A DNA stretch of 64,000 nucleotides from Psilocybe cubensis (Eukaryota). The notes below the pieces were generated by a model. It searched no databases. It worked only from the letters and a program-made list of their open reading frames with translations, and had not been told where the DNA came from. Location: positions 2,232,001 to 2,296,000 of the forward strand of contig CM039006.1 of assembly GCA_017499595.2 (NCBI GenBank), read 5' to 3'. Each line of letters begins with the position of its first letter. Within the stretch, counting starts at the first letter, position 1. Below are positions 36,674-49,487 of this stretch, piece after piece. A program made the position numbers and the translations under genes.

Positions 36674-39600
36674 CACGTGAATCACGTGCTGTCCGCCGGA
36701 CGGAGTGTCCGGCGGAAATTATGATTATATTAATCCATTCTATCTGTCCCTCGCAGTGGGCTCCAGATGAAGATCGAAGTTTGTGATTGGTTATAAACTA
36801 TATGTAATCCAACAAACACAAACCCCAGGGAAAGAGTGGTCCAGACTGGATAGGACAAAACCTTCTCCTAAGTTTCTTAAGGGAGGACGCTGCCTAGGAT
36901 TTAAGTAGATTAGGATGGTGTGGATTGTGAAGGGTAACGAAAGTGAAATAGTAAGAAGAGGATAACTGGGTCGTCTGGGTACAATAGTAAATAAGCCTTC
37001 CAAAAATGGGATAGAACCGTGGAATTGGATGGCGGGTGTATATGGAAAGCGTGAAGAAGATGCGTAAAATGCGTATGAGAAATCAATAAATGTGAATCTT
37101 AGAGGGGTTGTCTGAAGTGAGTGGGGAACGTTCCGAGGGGAGATGAGGAGATGACTAGGAGTTGGAATGTTGTTGAATGGCTGAATCTTGATAAGCGGAT
37201 GGTAAAGGCGAAAGTGTCCTTAAATTGACAATCTTTCTGACGCTTGGAATGAAGCTATACGTCGCGGGAGTATCGACTGAATCGAGGGTGAAAGACTAAG
37301 TCTGTCTCGAATGAAATCACTCCAGATGAGTTGACGGAGGGAAAGGATGTCTTGAATACACTCCTAACGGCGATGGTTGGAAAGTGTAGAAGGAGTAGGA
37401 GCGGTGACGGATTGAATGGAGGAGGGGAAGTACTGGATGTCTGGATAGAAGTTGGATATTCAACGCTGAGAAGAAGAGGCGTTGGATGAGAAGGATGACT
37501 GGTCTCGGATGAAATCCTCTCTTAATGGAAAGCGAGATGACTTCGGATGAATGGAAGTAAACTTGGTCTCGACGGAGGGTGGAACTGATGACTGAATTGG
37601 ACTTGGGTTTGGGCTTGGCTTGAACTTGAACTTGGAATTGAAATGAATCAATGTGGATTGACTTGAAATTGACTTGACTTGGATGAAAATTGACTTGCTT
37701 TGAAGAAAGTGGGGACTGGGTGTAACTTTCCTGTCATTTTGTGTAATTCTACTACAGCTTTTATACTAAAAGCTACGTGAACGAAATACCAATCTGAGCT
37801 ACTGAAAACCGAGTCATATACTGTACAACGTGTCAAGAATGAGGCTACGCAAGTGTAACAATAAGCAAGAACAATAAGACATGTCAATATCGACATAACG
37901 ACAGATAAGAAATGAATAGGATGAGTAAGAAAGAAGTGTATGACGAAGGTGAATGGTAATACAGATTAGATAAAAGAAGCAAGGATGAGTCAGAAAGCAT
38001 AGAAGATTGGTAAGACAAAGACAATAAAAGCGCAACAGACAATAGAAAAGATATAAATAAACACAAAAGGATGAGTAAGACAAACCAAAAATAAGTTAGA
38101 ATGAGTAATCCGCAGCCTGATGCTGAGTAAGACCATTGAATTGATAAAAATAAAGTTGATAGTCCGGCTGTGTAAGGCAGTGTAGAAAGCTGTGCAGTTT
38201 GATGGTTGACTGATCCGTCGCATAGCCTTGATGATCCGACGAAGTGACATGATCCGGAATAACGTGGCTCCCATGTGACAAGTGTTGATAAGATAAGATG
38301 TGTGGATGACTTATGGAAAGAATGACTGCTTGGGTTGAGGGCGTCATGTGTAGATCCAAAATGAACATCTCATCTCCAATCAGGATTGGGGTATGATAAC
38401 GAGGCTGGCTGTAGACGCCCCCGACGCTGGTTTGATGGGAATTGCATGACGTACTCGGGACGGATTTCACAATGGGATGGACCGCCAAGGCGTTGGTCAT
38501 CATCTTGGAACGAGAATCCTGACTCGCCATTACAGTTGTTGTTGTGAAGTGAGTTAGAAAGAGTGTTGGAGGTCCTTTTGTCGCGTGTGGACTGGGATAC
38601 TTCAGTCAATCTCTGATTGCCGTCCGAGTTAATAATGGGTGAATGTTGAGTTGGGACATTGGTCATGATATTTTTTAATGAGACAACTAAAGTTGACGAT
38701 AAAGCACGAGCTTTCTTTGATAGAAGTTATATTTTTTGTTGCTCGAGTAGTTGTGCTCAAAATGTGATGTTCGCGATGTGAAAGAGCTTGCAACATTGAC
38801 TGTTTCCGTCTTATAAGTATTTTATTGGGTGAGACAGTCTTTGCCCATGCCGCTTGGGGCCGGAGACAGTTATAGAGGAATTCCTCGAGACACACGGTCT
38901 GAGGAGAATGAGTATTTCTTGTGACGCTTGGCCTAAGGGAATGTCATAAATATTGCTATTCACATTTCTGCGCGGTAGTTCTTTGGCATTCCTCATTGGA
39001 CTATTGTAACATTTTTCTTTAAACTCGACCATAAAATCAACCTATCTTCTTGGGTCATGAGAATATAATCATGTGACTTGTCTATTTTGATATCAGAAAA
39101 TAGATTATAAGTTTGCAATAAAACCTACTAGCTATAGAATATGCACAAATGTCCCAATTCACTGCATTTGTTGTCTATCTACACTTGTAAGGTGGGCTAG
39201 TACTTATACATGATATGTATAAAGCCTTAGCCTTCATTGTTATTGATTGTTATAAAACCTGAATATTAATTCTATATAAAGTAGAATTAATAATATATAT
39301 CCTCTAAATAGTATTGATAATAGCAGTTCATTTAATAACCTCCTAAACATCACCATTAATGACTATTAAGATGGTTATTTTAAAGATTAGTAAAACTTTT
39401 AAATTATGCATATAAATAACAAAGCTAGTATAAAAAATCCTTGTTAAAATGTGACAGTCCAGAATTGAACTCATATTTTGATAAATCAATGATAAACACA
39501 AATAAAATGCATAGCCAACTATATTACACTGCAATAAAAAAAACTACACATTGTTGCATATTGTAGTTTCATAATGCACTATCTACAGACCAAAAAAAAA

Positions 39601-39806
39601 AAGAACATCATGCGGATCCAACCAGTAGGTGGTGGCTACAATTCTAGAGGGATGAAGCAAGGGCATAGAAGGACCAAGCCAGCAGCGCAAGTCAACAGGG
39701 GAGAGGCAGAGAGATATACCAGTAGGCCGGAGCTGCTGGTTGCAGATAGAGGCAGAGCAGGGCAGCAGCGGCAATGGTGACATGACGCAGCCCTTGCCCT
39801 AGTGGT

Positions 39807-40850
39807 TAGGGTTGCCAAAGTTTGGTTCAGTTTGGTTTAGAGCCCAATTTTTATTGAACCAGAACTGAACTAACTAAAAAATTTCTTAACCTGAACTGAA
39901 CTGAATCTGAACTGTTAAAACTGGTTCAGTCAGTTCGGTTCTGGTTTGGTTCTGGTTCAAACTGATTGAACTGACAAATTTTTAAAGATAATATTTTAAA
40001 AAATATAACAAAATATTTAAATAGATTCCCAATCCATAGGCTCATGAGCCTTAGCCTCATTAGTAGCAGTCATTAGTTTAGACTTGTAGCAACCTTTGAG
40101 AATTTGAAGATACCCAAAGAGTTCTGGATCCATCTGGTTACGATTGAGAACATTAGTCAATCTACCAGCTGAAAAAGAGTGTTCAGCAGCTACAAATGAG
40201 CCTTGAATAGCCAAATAGTTGCATGCAATCCATGAAAGAGTAGGATATTGCTTTGAATGATACTAAATAATGCATTAGATAAAATAAAAGAATAAACTAT
40301 CAAATTACTTACACTCTACCACTTGATAGGATCAGAAACTTGCTCTAAATTACTTTCAAGATAATCACAGAGCTCTTTTTGAGGATTAGAAGCCGCCATT
40401 TGACTGTTAACCTTGGGTTGAATGCTGTTTTGAATCCAAGCTGATGCATAGCTAGACTTAACAGCACTCTTTCCTTTAAATACCAAACAAATTAGAAAAA
40501 ATCCATTAATATAAATAATAATATTTACCTTGAAATGAGTTTTGTGATTGTAAAGACTGTGAAGCCAATTCGCGTGGCTTATAATATAAGTTAAACTATA
40601 CCTAAATCAGATAATGTTATAACTAATAATAAAGAAATAAAATACACACCATATCACATAAAGCATTATATTCCTTGTTATAATATTCTTCATTCCACAT
40701 TTTCTTGCAATAAGCAAGCTTAATGTTAGGTTGAAGTGATAGCATGAAAGTTAAAAAAATAATAAAAAAGAGTAAAATAAAAATGCTTACCCAAACAGAT
40801 AAAATAAGTATCCTCATTTTTTCTACCTTTTTGCTTTTTTTACCATAGAT
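39807..40850 (-). mobile_element. hAT transposon relic (one terminus plus transposase C-terminus)
   Basis: Terminus TAGGGTTGCC followed by GAACTGAAC/GGTTCAG subterminal repeats. hAT dimerisation-like motif YPTLSWIACNYLAIQGSFVAAEHSFSAG at ~40160-40250. Confidence 0.7.
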
Positions 40851-42126
40851 GCCTCAGCCTTTTGTAAATATTCTGAAGCTTCTTCAAATGACATTTCAAG
40901 CAGTTTTTCTTTTCCAAGATGTTAATCAACTGCAGCTGCCTTTATTGCTTCTAATAAGCAAGCATTTTTTTTTTCTTTAGCACAATGGTTGGTATTCATT
41001 TCTATAAGTTTTATAAAGATATCAGCAACTTTGAAAATGATTCCAGATTACTTTCTAAGTGGGCTATTATTATATATGTATGCCAAGAATATCTTTTAAA
41101 AGATTTTTGCCAATCTGCTACTGCCTTTGCACTTATACCATCTTGTGAAAATCTAATTCCAAGTAAACGGGTAGCATGCTATTTTATTGTAGAACCATCA
41201 AGTATTGTATAATCTTTTGCAAGAAAATAAATGTGTTGGAAGTTATAGTTAATACTTCAATAGCCTATACAATCTGCACTAAAAGTGAATCCTTCTGAAT
41301 TTTTGATTTCATATCCAAGTTGAATTTATGCAGCAAAGTAACCTTCACAAAAAATGCAAGATACAGAAGCCCAGCTAATTCTACCAATAGTTTCTATTCT
41401 AGCAGATTTTAAAACTGCTACAATAATGTCTTGGATATAATTACGTGAGCAGCCTGCTTTTACTAGAAGGTGGACAACATCTCTTGTGCTTTCTGTAATA
41501 ATACCTTTGCTTGCTAAATAATTAACAAATTACTCTTTATAAATTTTAGAGTGTAAATCTGCAAGAGCTTCATGTTTAGCAATTTTGGAATATGCAATAT
41601 TTTTGAGCAGTTTATATGCCTCTATTTGAAGTTCTTGTAAACAATTATTAAATATATCAAGCTTAGAATATGCATCAGCCAATTGTGAGGTCCATTGAAA
41701 TAAGGATTTAGATAAAGTGTTTTGTAGCTTTTCATTAGCCTTTTGAAGTAACATCAAAGACATATGAGATTCTCGAGCAATATATAAAAACTGCATGGAT
41801 GCATGTTTCTCTGCTGCTTTTAAAATTGTAATCTGATCCTCTAATTGAGAATTTTTAACTTTCCAGTACTGTGCAGTTTGACATTGCATATGAAGCTTGG
41901 GATATTTGTCTTTGTGCTTAGACTTTAACAAAAATGCTTCTTTTTTATACTCAGTCAACTTTAATAGAGCACTTTCAAGCTTCAAACATAGACAAGTACA
42001 CTCCTCTATCTTTATAAACAGCAAATCTTCTAATTCCTCAATGTGTGACTGTGCAGCTTTTTTTTCTGTTTTGGCCTCCCTAGCCACTGCAATAGATGTA
42101 ACATGTCTAGTTTTACCAGATGCCAT
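40850..42126 (-). pseudogene. AT-rich decayed coding relic (coiled-coil N-terminus, possibly transposase-associated)
   Basis: 198-aa coiled-coil-like ORF at 41530-42126, continued by the broken reading KGIITESTRDVVHLLVKAGCS...IQLGYEIKNSEGFTFSAD. Confidence 0.4.
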
Positions 42127-43814
42127 AAATGAAAAAAATCTTATATATACACAATATTAGAATGATATATTTTAAAGATTTATGTACAGAAAATCCTCAA
42201 AAGTATGCTAATATACTGCACAAAAATGCCTATTAAGTTGATTAAGCAATACCGCATTTTTATAATAAAAAACCTACTTATAGATAGTATACAGACAATA
42301 TTTGGCCAAATAGAAGAAATATATTGCAATTTTGAGTTCAAAAATGCAAAAAATAGCAAAATTAAGTGGCTACGTATTGCAATAATAATGGTAAAGGGAA
42401 AAGAAGCACTTTTTTCCCAGTCTTCATGTTTTTATATGTTGTTTCAGGATTATTTTGAGGGTACAAGACATCCATAAAGCAGTCATGGGATGTTTTTGGC
42501 CCGTTCAAAAATGCAATCAGTGGCTGTGTCATCCATTTTTTGCAAGCAAATCAATACAAGAAGAATATCTTAATGAGAACTTCAATTCAAGCTATAATTG
42601 AGGGAGTAAAATTAATCTATTTTTCATTTCAAACAACATGGTCCAAGCCAATTTTTGATTTTCTATCTCTAAGTGTGTTAAAACTGCTATTTTTAGGGTA
42701 TATCTCAGCACTGGAAATAAATTTCAAAATTCTGCTCTGATAGAGTTGTATAGAATTGAAAATAGATACTTTTTGCTTTATCAACCATTTCTATATTTTC
42801 ATTTTATGCAAAAATAAAAGCTATATACTCAAAAGTACTATTTTTTGCAGGAAAAACAGTAACATTTTGCATTTTTGAAATAACTAATGCATATTGATCC
42901 TCTTAACTCTCACAAAATGTAGATTTAATCTATACAAGTCTATCATAGTTGTTGTAGAAGTATTATTTTAAGTATATGGAGTACAAAGTCAATATCTCAA
43001 GATATTGGGCATGTCACAGTGTGATGAGCCCAGTCACACAAGGTCACATGCATCAGAGATTGTGCATCACCACAATTAATGCAGCAAGCATATATTGTTT
43101 AACCCAATACAGAACCTTATCTAAACAATATAGCTCCAGTGTTATTCATTCACAATAATTTCAATTCAACCACTCCAGTTAATTATTCTAATAATAGTTC
43201 TAATCTAGTTACTGATCCAAATAATATTTCTATTGTTAGACCAAAACTGTAGACATATGACTCCACTCATTCTATATAGTTTATTTCCTTTTTTTTGCTC
43301 TTTCCCTCAGTTGTTTATTCATAATGATTACTGAGGTAAAGTTCCATCTACCATTTCCATTCTATCTAGATATTAACTATCATACTATCTAGCCCCATTC
43401 CATTGTCTAGATAGACTCCAATACTAGTTGTTCACTTAAAGTCTGTCCGGTAACAATAATTCCGTAGGAACTATTCAAATGATGGCATTCTCAAATATGA
43501 TGGCTAATAGGAATAATTCTCATGTCTTAATTTGGGTAGGTGTCACATTTGAGTCACATGGCTGATCCATGACTGATTATCGTGTGCAACCTCACAATTT
43601 CAATGTTTTTGCTCTACGTTCACCTCATTCCCTTTGCATTTACAGAATCTAAACATAGTTTACATGTGTATTTAATGTAGTTAAATAAAATACAGCTGTT
43701 TTGTGCCCTTTACCCATGAATCAAAGGTGTAGCATCATATTTAAACCTGATGACTAGGTGAGTAGTGTTTCTCACCCCCTTCTTCCTCTTGTATCATTGT
43801 TTCTGATTTCTCCA

Positions 43815-44904
43815 ATGTCCCTATCTGCTTCCTGGACAGCTCAAGAGGAGCTCAGCTTCATGAAATTTCTTGTTGATTATAAGGCAGAGGCCGGTGATGA
43901 TGGCAGTTTTAAATCAGCTACTTTCCAAAAGGCAGCCTTACACATTGGGCCTTTTCACAAGCGCAAAGCTATTAAAAATGCAAAGTCATGCATGAACAAA
44001 TATTCCATGGTGCGTTGCAAATGTTTTTTATTTAGAATTAATCTAACTTAATATTTTCTTATAGTTTTGCAAGATTTATCGCATTATTCATGCTATTTAA
44101 CTTGTTTCAGGATGGACATGGGATGACTCTACTAGTGCATCAATTGATATCCATACGGCATCATCTTGGGATGACTATGTTAGAATGCACCCAGAGGCTA
44201 AGCCATTTCACAACAAGGGCTGGCCGTATTTGTACCAAATGGATCAGCTTATGCCAGGATCTCTTTCTGGTTCCAATGTTTTTTGTCCATTATCATCTAC
44301 AGCCAGAGCTTCTTCACCATCATCTCAGCCGTGTACATTGTCATTGGTTAGATCTGATCGTGGTAATTTGGGTATTATTTCTGCCAAGGAGTCTTCAGAC
44401 TCGGAAACTGAAGAGGTGTGTCACAATTATTTTATTAGTCTAATATTTGGTCTAAATTTGTTCTTATTTATATAGACTTTGAATTCCTCAACTGGGTTAA
44501 ATGCCAAGCAAAAACGAGAGCCAGCCATGCCCACTCCAGTAGCTGCAAAGCACCATTGTTCATTTAATGGTGCTGCTGCGCTAATGAGTATGGCTGAATC
44601 ACTTGGTGCTTTCAATACTATTCTTGCTATAGCATTTGCCCAACCTTCTACAGCACCTGTACCGGCTTCTTCCACACCTTCTATTCCAGTTATTTCCACT
44701 ACTCCCTTAATCCAAGCAATTACTTCTGTTCTTACGCATAAAAAGGTCTGGCTTACAACCAAGCAGTGCGCTATTTTTGTTGACTTTTTAAAGAATGATC
44801 CAAGTTCTGTTGATACTTATTTAGCACTTACGGAGATAGATGTTTGTCGTGAATAGGTTAGGATTCAGCTTGAAGGTTTAGCAGCATTTACTGAAGTGTT
44901 GTGA
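43815..44904 (+). pseudogene. Harbinger Myb/SANT-like DNA-binding protein
   Basis: SWTAQEELSFMKFLVDYK...SCMNKY, an intron, then SGWTWD...WDDYVRMHPEAKPFHNKGWP. In-frame stops include TAG at 44854. Confidence 0.75.
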
Positions 44905-45019
44905 TTCCCGATTTTACATGTTTCACTTGTTTAACTACCTTACATTTATTTATATCTACATTCATTATATTTTATATACACTCACTAATAGTCAATCGTT
45001 TATATGAAGTGATTTTATA

Positions 45020-46330
45020 CTTCAACTTGAGATAACCGTAAATGCAACTTTTCTTGATAATCATCCCATATTGCCTGTGCAATTTGATCCCAATTTAAAG
45101 CTGCCCGAGTTTTTTCCTGGTTAGTTACTGATCAATTAGCCAATGTTCCAAATTCGTGTTCAATAACTATTCCTGGATTGGGGTCTAAGTCGCTTTCAAG
45201 ATTTCCACTTAGGTAGTTGTCAATATCAATTGAGTCAGTATCCATAATAAAATTATAAATTGATGCAAGGCCAGAAGGAATTTGGGCTTGAATTGCCATT
45301 GAAAATTGTGGTGGTCGGGTAAGAATATTCCAGCGTTTTTTTAAAACACTAAAAACTCTTTCAACCACATTCCGAGCGGATGAATGCCGCAAATTAAATA
45401 ATTCTTCTTTATTTGTAGGTCTAAGTTATTCATAAATTTTACAGATTCTTATTATGAAAATATTATTTACGTACCGGAGTTGTACTCTTCCCCATTCTGC
45501 TAAATAATATTGGACTCCACAATAAGGAACAAGCAATGCATCACAAAGTCCAAATCCAGCATCCGGAAGATAGAATTTTCCAGAAGGTATTGTTAAATCC
45601 ACTAGTCACGAGGTTGCATACATTATAGCATCTGCTGTTGAGCCTTCCCAGCCATTGACAAAATAAAGAAATCACATAGAAAAGGAAACACATGCAAGAC
45701 AGTTCTGTGAAACCCCGTTTTTGCGATTACGTGCAGCATGTCAATCTTCTGCTGAGGGATTGCAATTAATGTGTGTGCCGTCCATTGCTCCAATAGCATG
45801 TTGAAAAAAAGGATAGAATTTGGAGCTTCCACATATAAACTCGGGTGTGTTATTATTAACACTTGGAAGCTGGACATATTTCTGATAGAATGGTCCAGAA
45901 GATACAGCATCAAGAATTTTGCGCAAATATTTAATATATTAAATTCAAGTTAATTTTAAAAACCATGTCAAAAATTAGCAACATACTTTGATATTGTATC
46001 ATTTGACCGTTGAAATCTTTCCCCAACATGCCTAACTGATAAACCAGTAACACACATATAGAGAAATATTGCTGCTTGTTCATTCAACCCTACATGCCTA
46101 GAGTCATTTAGCCCACAAACAGTTCGTAGTTCATGAACAAATGCTAGAAACATATATACATGCATTCCTAGCTCTGTCCATATACAATCCGGATGACCTT
46201 GGATCAGCTCTTTTACCCATTCCTCTCCAGTTAACTTTGAAGTGTGATAGAGTTGTTTCCAGTAAAAGGGGAATGCATACAGTGTTGCAGTAATGCCTAC
46301 AACATTAACTAGGTATGCAGCAGCTATGAT
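45020..46330 (-). pseudogene. Harbinger DDE transposase (DDE_Tnp_4-like)
   Basis: EQAAIFLYMC...VGERFQRSNDTISKY, AIGAMDGTHI, GWEGS, YLPDAGF and RHSSARNVVERVFSVLKKRW; spliced and broken. Confidence 0.85.
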
Positions 46331-46608
46331 GAGTTGATGCTGGTGTAATGAAAGACCTCAAGGCATTGGCAAAATGGTTAAAACTTAATAGCAACAAGTA
46401 CAAAAGGATAGATAGCTTATCGGACGTGTCACGCATTTCCATTTTTGGGAAGTGAGAATTGTTCCCATCAGCCATCATATTTGAGATTGCCATCATTTGA
46501 ATAATTCCTACGGAATTATTGTTACCGGACAGACTCTTATAATGATTACTGAGTCCTGTTCCTACCTAGGCAAAAACCTTTCAGATCCTTTTCAAAACAA
46601 TAATCCGC

Positions 46609-48868
46609 TATCATACCCCAATCCTGATTGGAGATGAGATGTTCATTTTGGATCTACACACGACACCCTCAACCCAAGCAGTCATTCTTTCCATAAGTCA
46701 TCCACTCATCTTATCTTATCAACACTCGTCACATGGGAGCCACATTATTCCGGATCATGTCAATTTGTCGGATCATCAAGGCTATGCAACGGATTAGTCA
46801 ACCATCAAACTGCACAGCTTTCTACACTGCCTTGCATAGCCGGACTGTCAACTCTATTTTTATCAACTCAATGGTCTTACTCAGCGTCAGACTGCGGATT
46901 ACTCATCTTATCTTATTTTTGGTTTGTCTTACTCATCCTTTTGTGTTTATTTATATCTTTTCTATTGTCTGTTGCGCTTTTATTGTCTTTGTCTTACCAA
47001 TCTTCTATGCTTTTTGACTCATCCTTGCTTCTTTTATCTAATCTGTATTACCATTCACCTTCGTCATACACTTCTTTCTTACTCATCCTATTCATTTCTT
47101 ATCTGTCGTCATGTTGATATTGACATGTCTTATTGTTCTTGCTTATTGTTACACTTGCGTAGCCTCATTCTTGACACTTTGTACAGTATATGACTCGGTT
47201 TTTAGTAGCTCAGATTGGTATTTTGTTCATGTAACTTTTAGTATAAAAGCTATAGTAGAATTACATAAAATGACAGGAAAGTTACACCCAGTCTCCACTT
47301 TCTTCAAAGCAAGTCAATTTTCATCCAAGTCAGGTCAATTTCAAATCAATCCACATTGATTCATTCCAATTCCAAGCCCAAGCCCAAGCCCAATCCCAAG
47401 TCCAAGTCTAATTCAGTCATTAGTTCCACCCTCCGACAAGACCCAGTTTACTTCCATTCATCCAAAATCATCTTGCCTTCCATTGACAGAGGATTTTATC
47501 CAAGACCAGTCCTCCTTTTCCTCCAATGCTTCTTCTTCCCAGCGTTGATCATCCCACGTCTATCCAGACTTCCAGTACTTCCTACTTCCTCTCCCCCATC
47601 CAATCTGTCACCGCTCCTACTCTTTCTATACCTTCCAACCATCGCTGTTAGGAGTGGATCCAAGACTTTCTTTCCCTCCGTCAACTCATCTGGAGCGATT
47701 TCATTCGAGACAGACTTAGTCTTTCATCCTCGATTCAGTCAATACTCTCGCAACGTATAGCTTCATTCCAAGCTTCAGAAAGATTGTCAATTTAAGGACA
47801 CTTTCACCTTCACCATCCTTTGCTTCTCTGGTTTATTTTCTAGGCAACTCTAGGCAACAACTCTAGGCAACACTTTCTGACTCTGTAACTGGTTTACGCT
47901 ATGACCAATTCTGGCAATCCGCTTCCATCCTCTACTCCCACTATGGCTACCACCATCATCCAACATACTCCTGTCAATATGCCCATTCCTAAATCTAGTG
48001 CTGCTCCAAAATTCACTAGATCCTATGTCGATGTCAAGAACTTTTTGGATCACTGCGACCGCATTTTTGATCAGTACAATGTCACTCTCGACAATGACAA
48101 AGTACGATACATGGTTTAATGCTGCAACCAAGAGAGCAGAGAAATCATTGAAGGTTTACCCAGCCATCATGCCAAGCAATGGGAACGACTCAAGACTGAT
48201 ATGCTCAAGATCTTTGACTATGCTAGGACAACACAGAAGTTCATGTTGAGTACTCTTCGTGCTTACGCTTTCCAACACTCCAATCTTTCTATGCGCTCTC
48301 TCAACGACTTCCGCGAGTATCAGAAGCAATACATTTGCATCGCTGGTTGGCTTCTCAACAACAACAAGATATCCAAGACGGAATACAATCAATACTTCTG
48401 GCTAGGAATCAATGAATCCCTCCGACCTGCACTCAAAAGCAAGATTATGGTCTTTAATCCTCATATCGACCTCTCCTCACCTTTTTCTATTGAAGACGTT
48501 ACCAAGGCAGTTAAAATCATCTTCAAACAAGACCGCTTTGATGTTGAAATCCTTGACAATCCCTCTGCACGCCCCTTCACATCTCTTATTCCCCCAAAGA
48601 ATTCGTATCCTGAACATTCATCAGTCTTCGACAAGATCAAGAAGTACTTACAGGAGATGTTTCCTAACATCGAGACGTGCGATGCTTGTGAACGTCCATA
48701 CAATCCCCCGGAAGAGACCAAGCACATCTTTCAGGATCTAGAAAAGGAAGAGAAGCAAGCGCACAAGGACAACAAAGTGGAGAACTTGATCAAGCAGATG
48801 TCGAAGCTCACCATCCATGATTTTTTGTACGCCATTTACTATCTTTGCGCCATCAAGTTGGAACCCAC
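46609..48868 (+). mobile_element. Gypsy-family fragment: 3'-deleted LTR fused to leader and gag N-terminal half
   Basis: TATCATACCCC start. The LTR jumps at ~47818 to leader sequence, so the LTR end and PBS are missing. gag runs 47901-48868. Confidence 0.88.
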
Positions 48869-49487
48869 TGTCACAAGGAATTTCTGCTCACGTGTAGGAT
48901 CTTTGAAGTCATAGAAGGCAATGAAGGTCCCTTTGGGTTGTTCTAGAATGTTCACATAGTTGTCACGGGTCCATGGACGTCCCAAGAGTATATCAAACTG
49001 GACTTTGTCAAATACATAGTAATGAGCATGCGTCCTGACTGTACCAATATCAAGTTAAACATTTCTAACGAATCCAAACTTGTGAGATTTGCCGCCATGA
49101 ATATCAGCCATAACAATAGTGTTCCGGCTGTCCATCGGCAACCTGACAATCTTTTTCCAAGCTTGTTCGCTTAAAATGTTCTGCATAGATCCACTGTCAA
49201 TTAAGGCATTGAGTTTGTGACCATTACACATTAATGTGATTCGAAAAAGGGGCTTGTGAGCGCAAAGGGATTTGACTGAATTGGTCTTGTGCATGTATTG
49301 AACAGGTATGTCCTTTTCGGCACTGCGAATGATGTCTAGAACTTCCTTATCGGAAAGCTTTAAGTTGCCGTTTGCCAATGAAGCTTTGAATTCGTCAACA
49401 GTAAGGGTCTTGCCTTTGATGCTGTTGATAAGAAGGGTCCTAAGGTCCTTTGAAACTCCAAATAACTCGCCGAACATCGCATTAACG
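48869..49487 (-). mobile_element. Inverted Gypsy protease-region fragment
   Basis: Matches ~33118-33736 (ALIDSGS) and is oppositely oriented to the adjacent gag. Confidence 0.85.

Larger units (their letters stand above)
35869..36746. mobile_element. Non-autonomous TIR element (878 bp, 8-bp TSD, hAT-like ends) inserted in the Gypsy PBS
   Basis: TSD TCCCTCGC at 35861-35868 and 36747-36754. Imperfect TIRs GAGACCGAATGGATTA / TAATCCATTCTATCTG (13/16). TCCGCCGGAC and CACGTGA motifs occur near both ends. The uninterrupted site is seen at ~25722-25750. Confidence 0.88.
26011..38398 (-). mobile_element. Near-complete Ty3/Gypsy LTR retrotransposon (LTRs 26011-27649 and 36768-38398), defective
   Basis: Two ~1.63-kb direct LTRs with gag, protease, RT, RNase H and integrase in Gypsy order. 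It has several stops and a frameshift, the PBS is interrupted, and the flanks do not form a TSD. Confidence 0.93.
43439..46536. mobile_element. PIF/Harbinger DNA transposon, full-length but decayed
   Basis: ~84-bp TIRs (GAGTCTGTCCGGTAACAATAATTCC...), TTA TSD at 43436-43438 and 46537-46539, and convergent Myb/SANT and DDE transposase genes. Confidence 0.92.

Noticed and set aside
38399-39050. Short ORFs next to the Gypsy 5' LTR
   Set aside because: No recognisable motifs. They could not be assigned to a gene or element.
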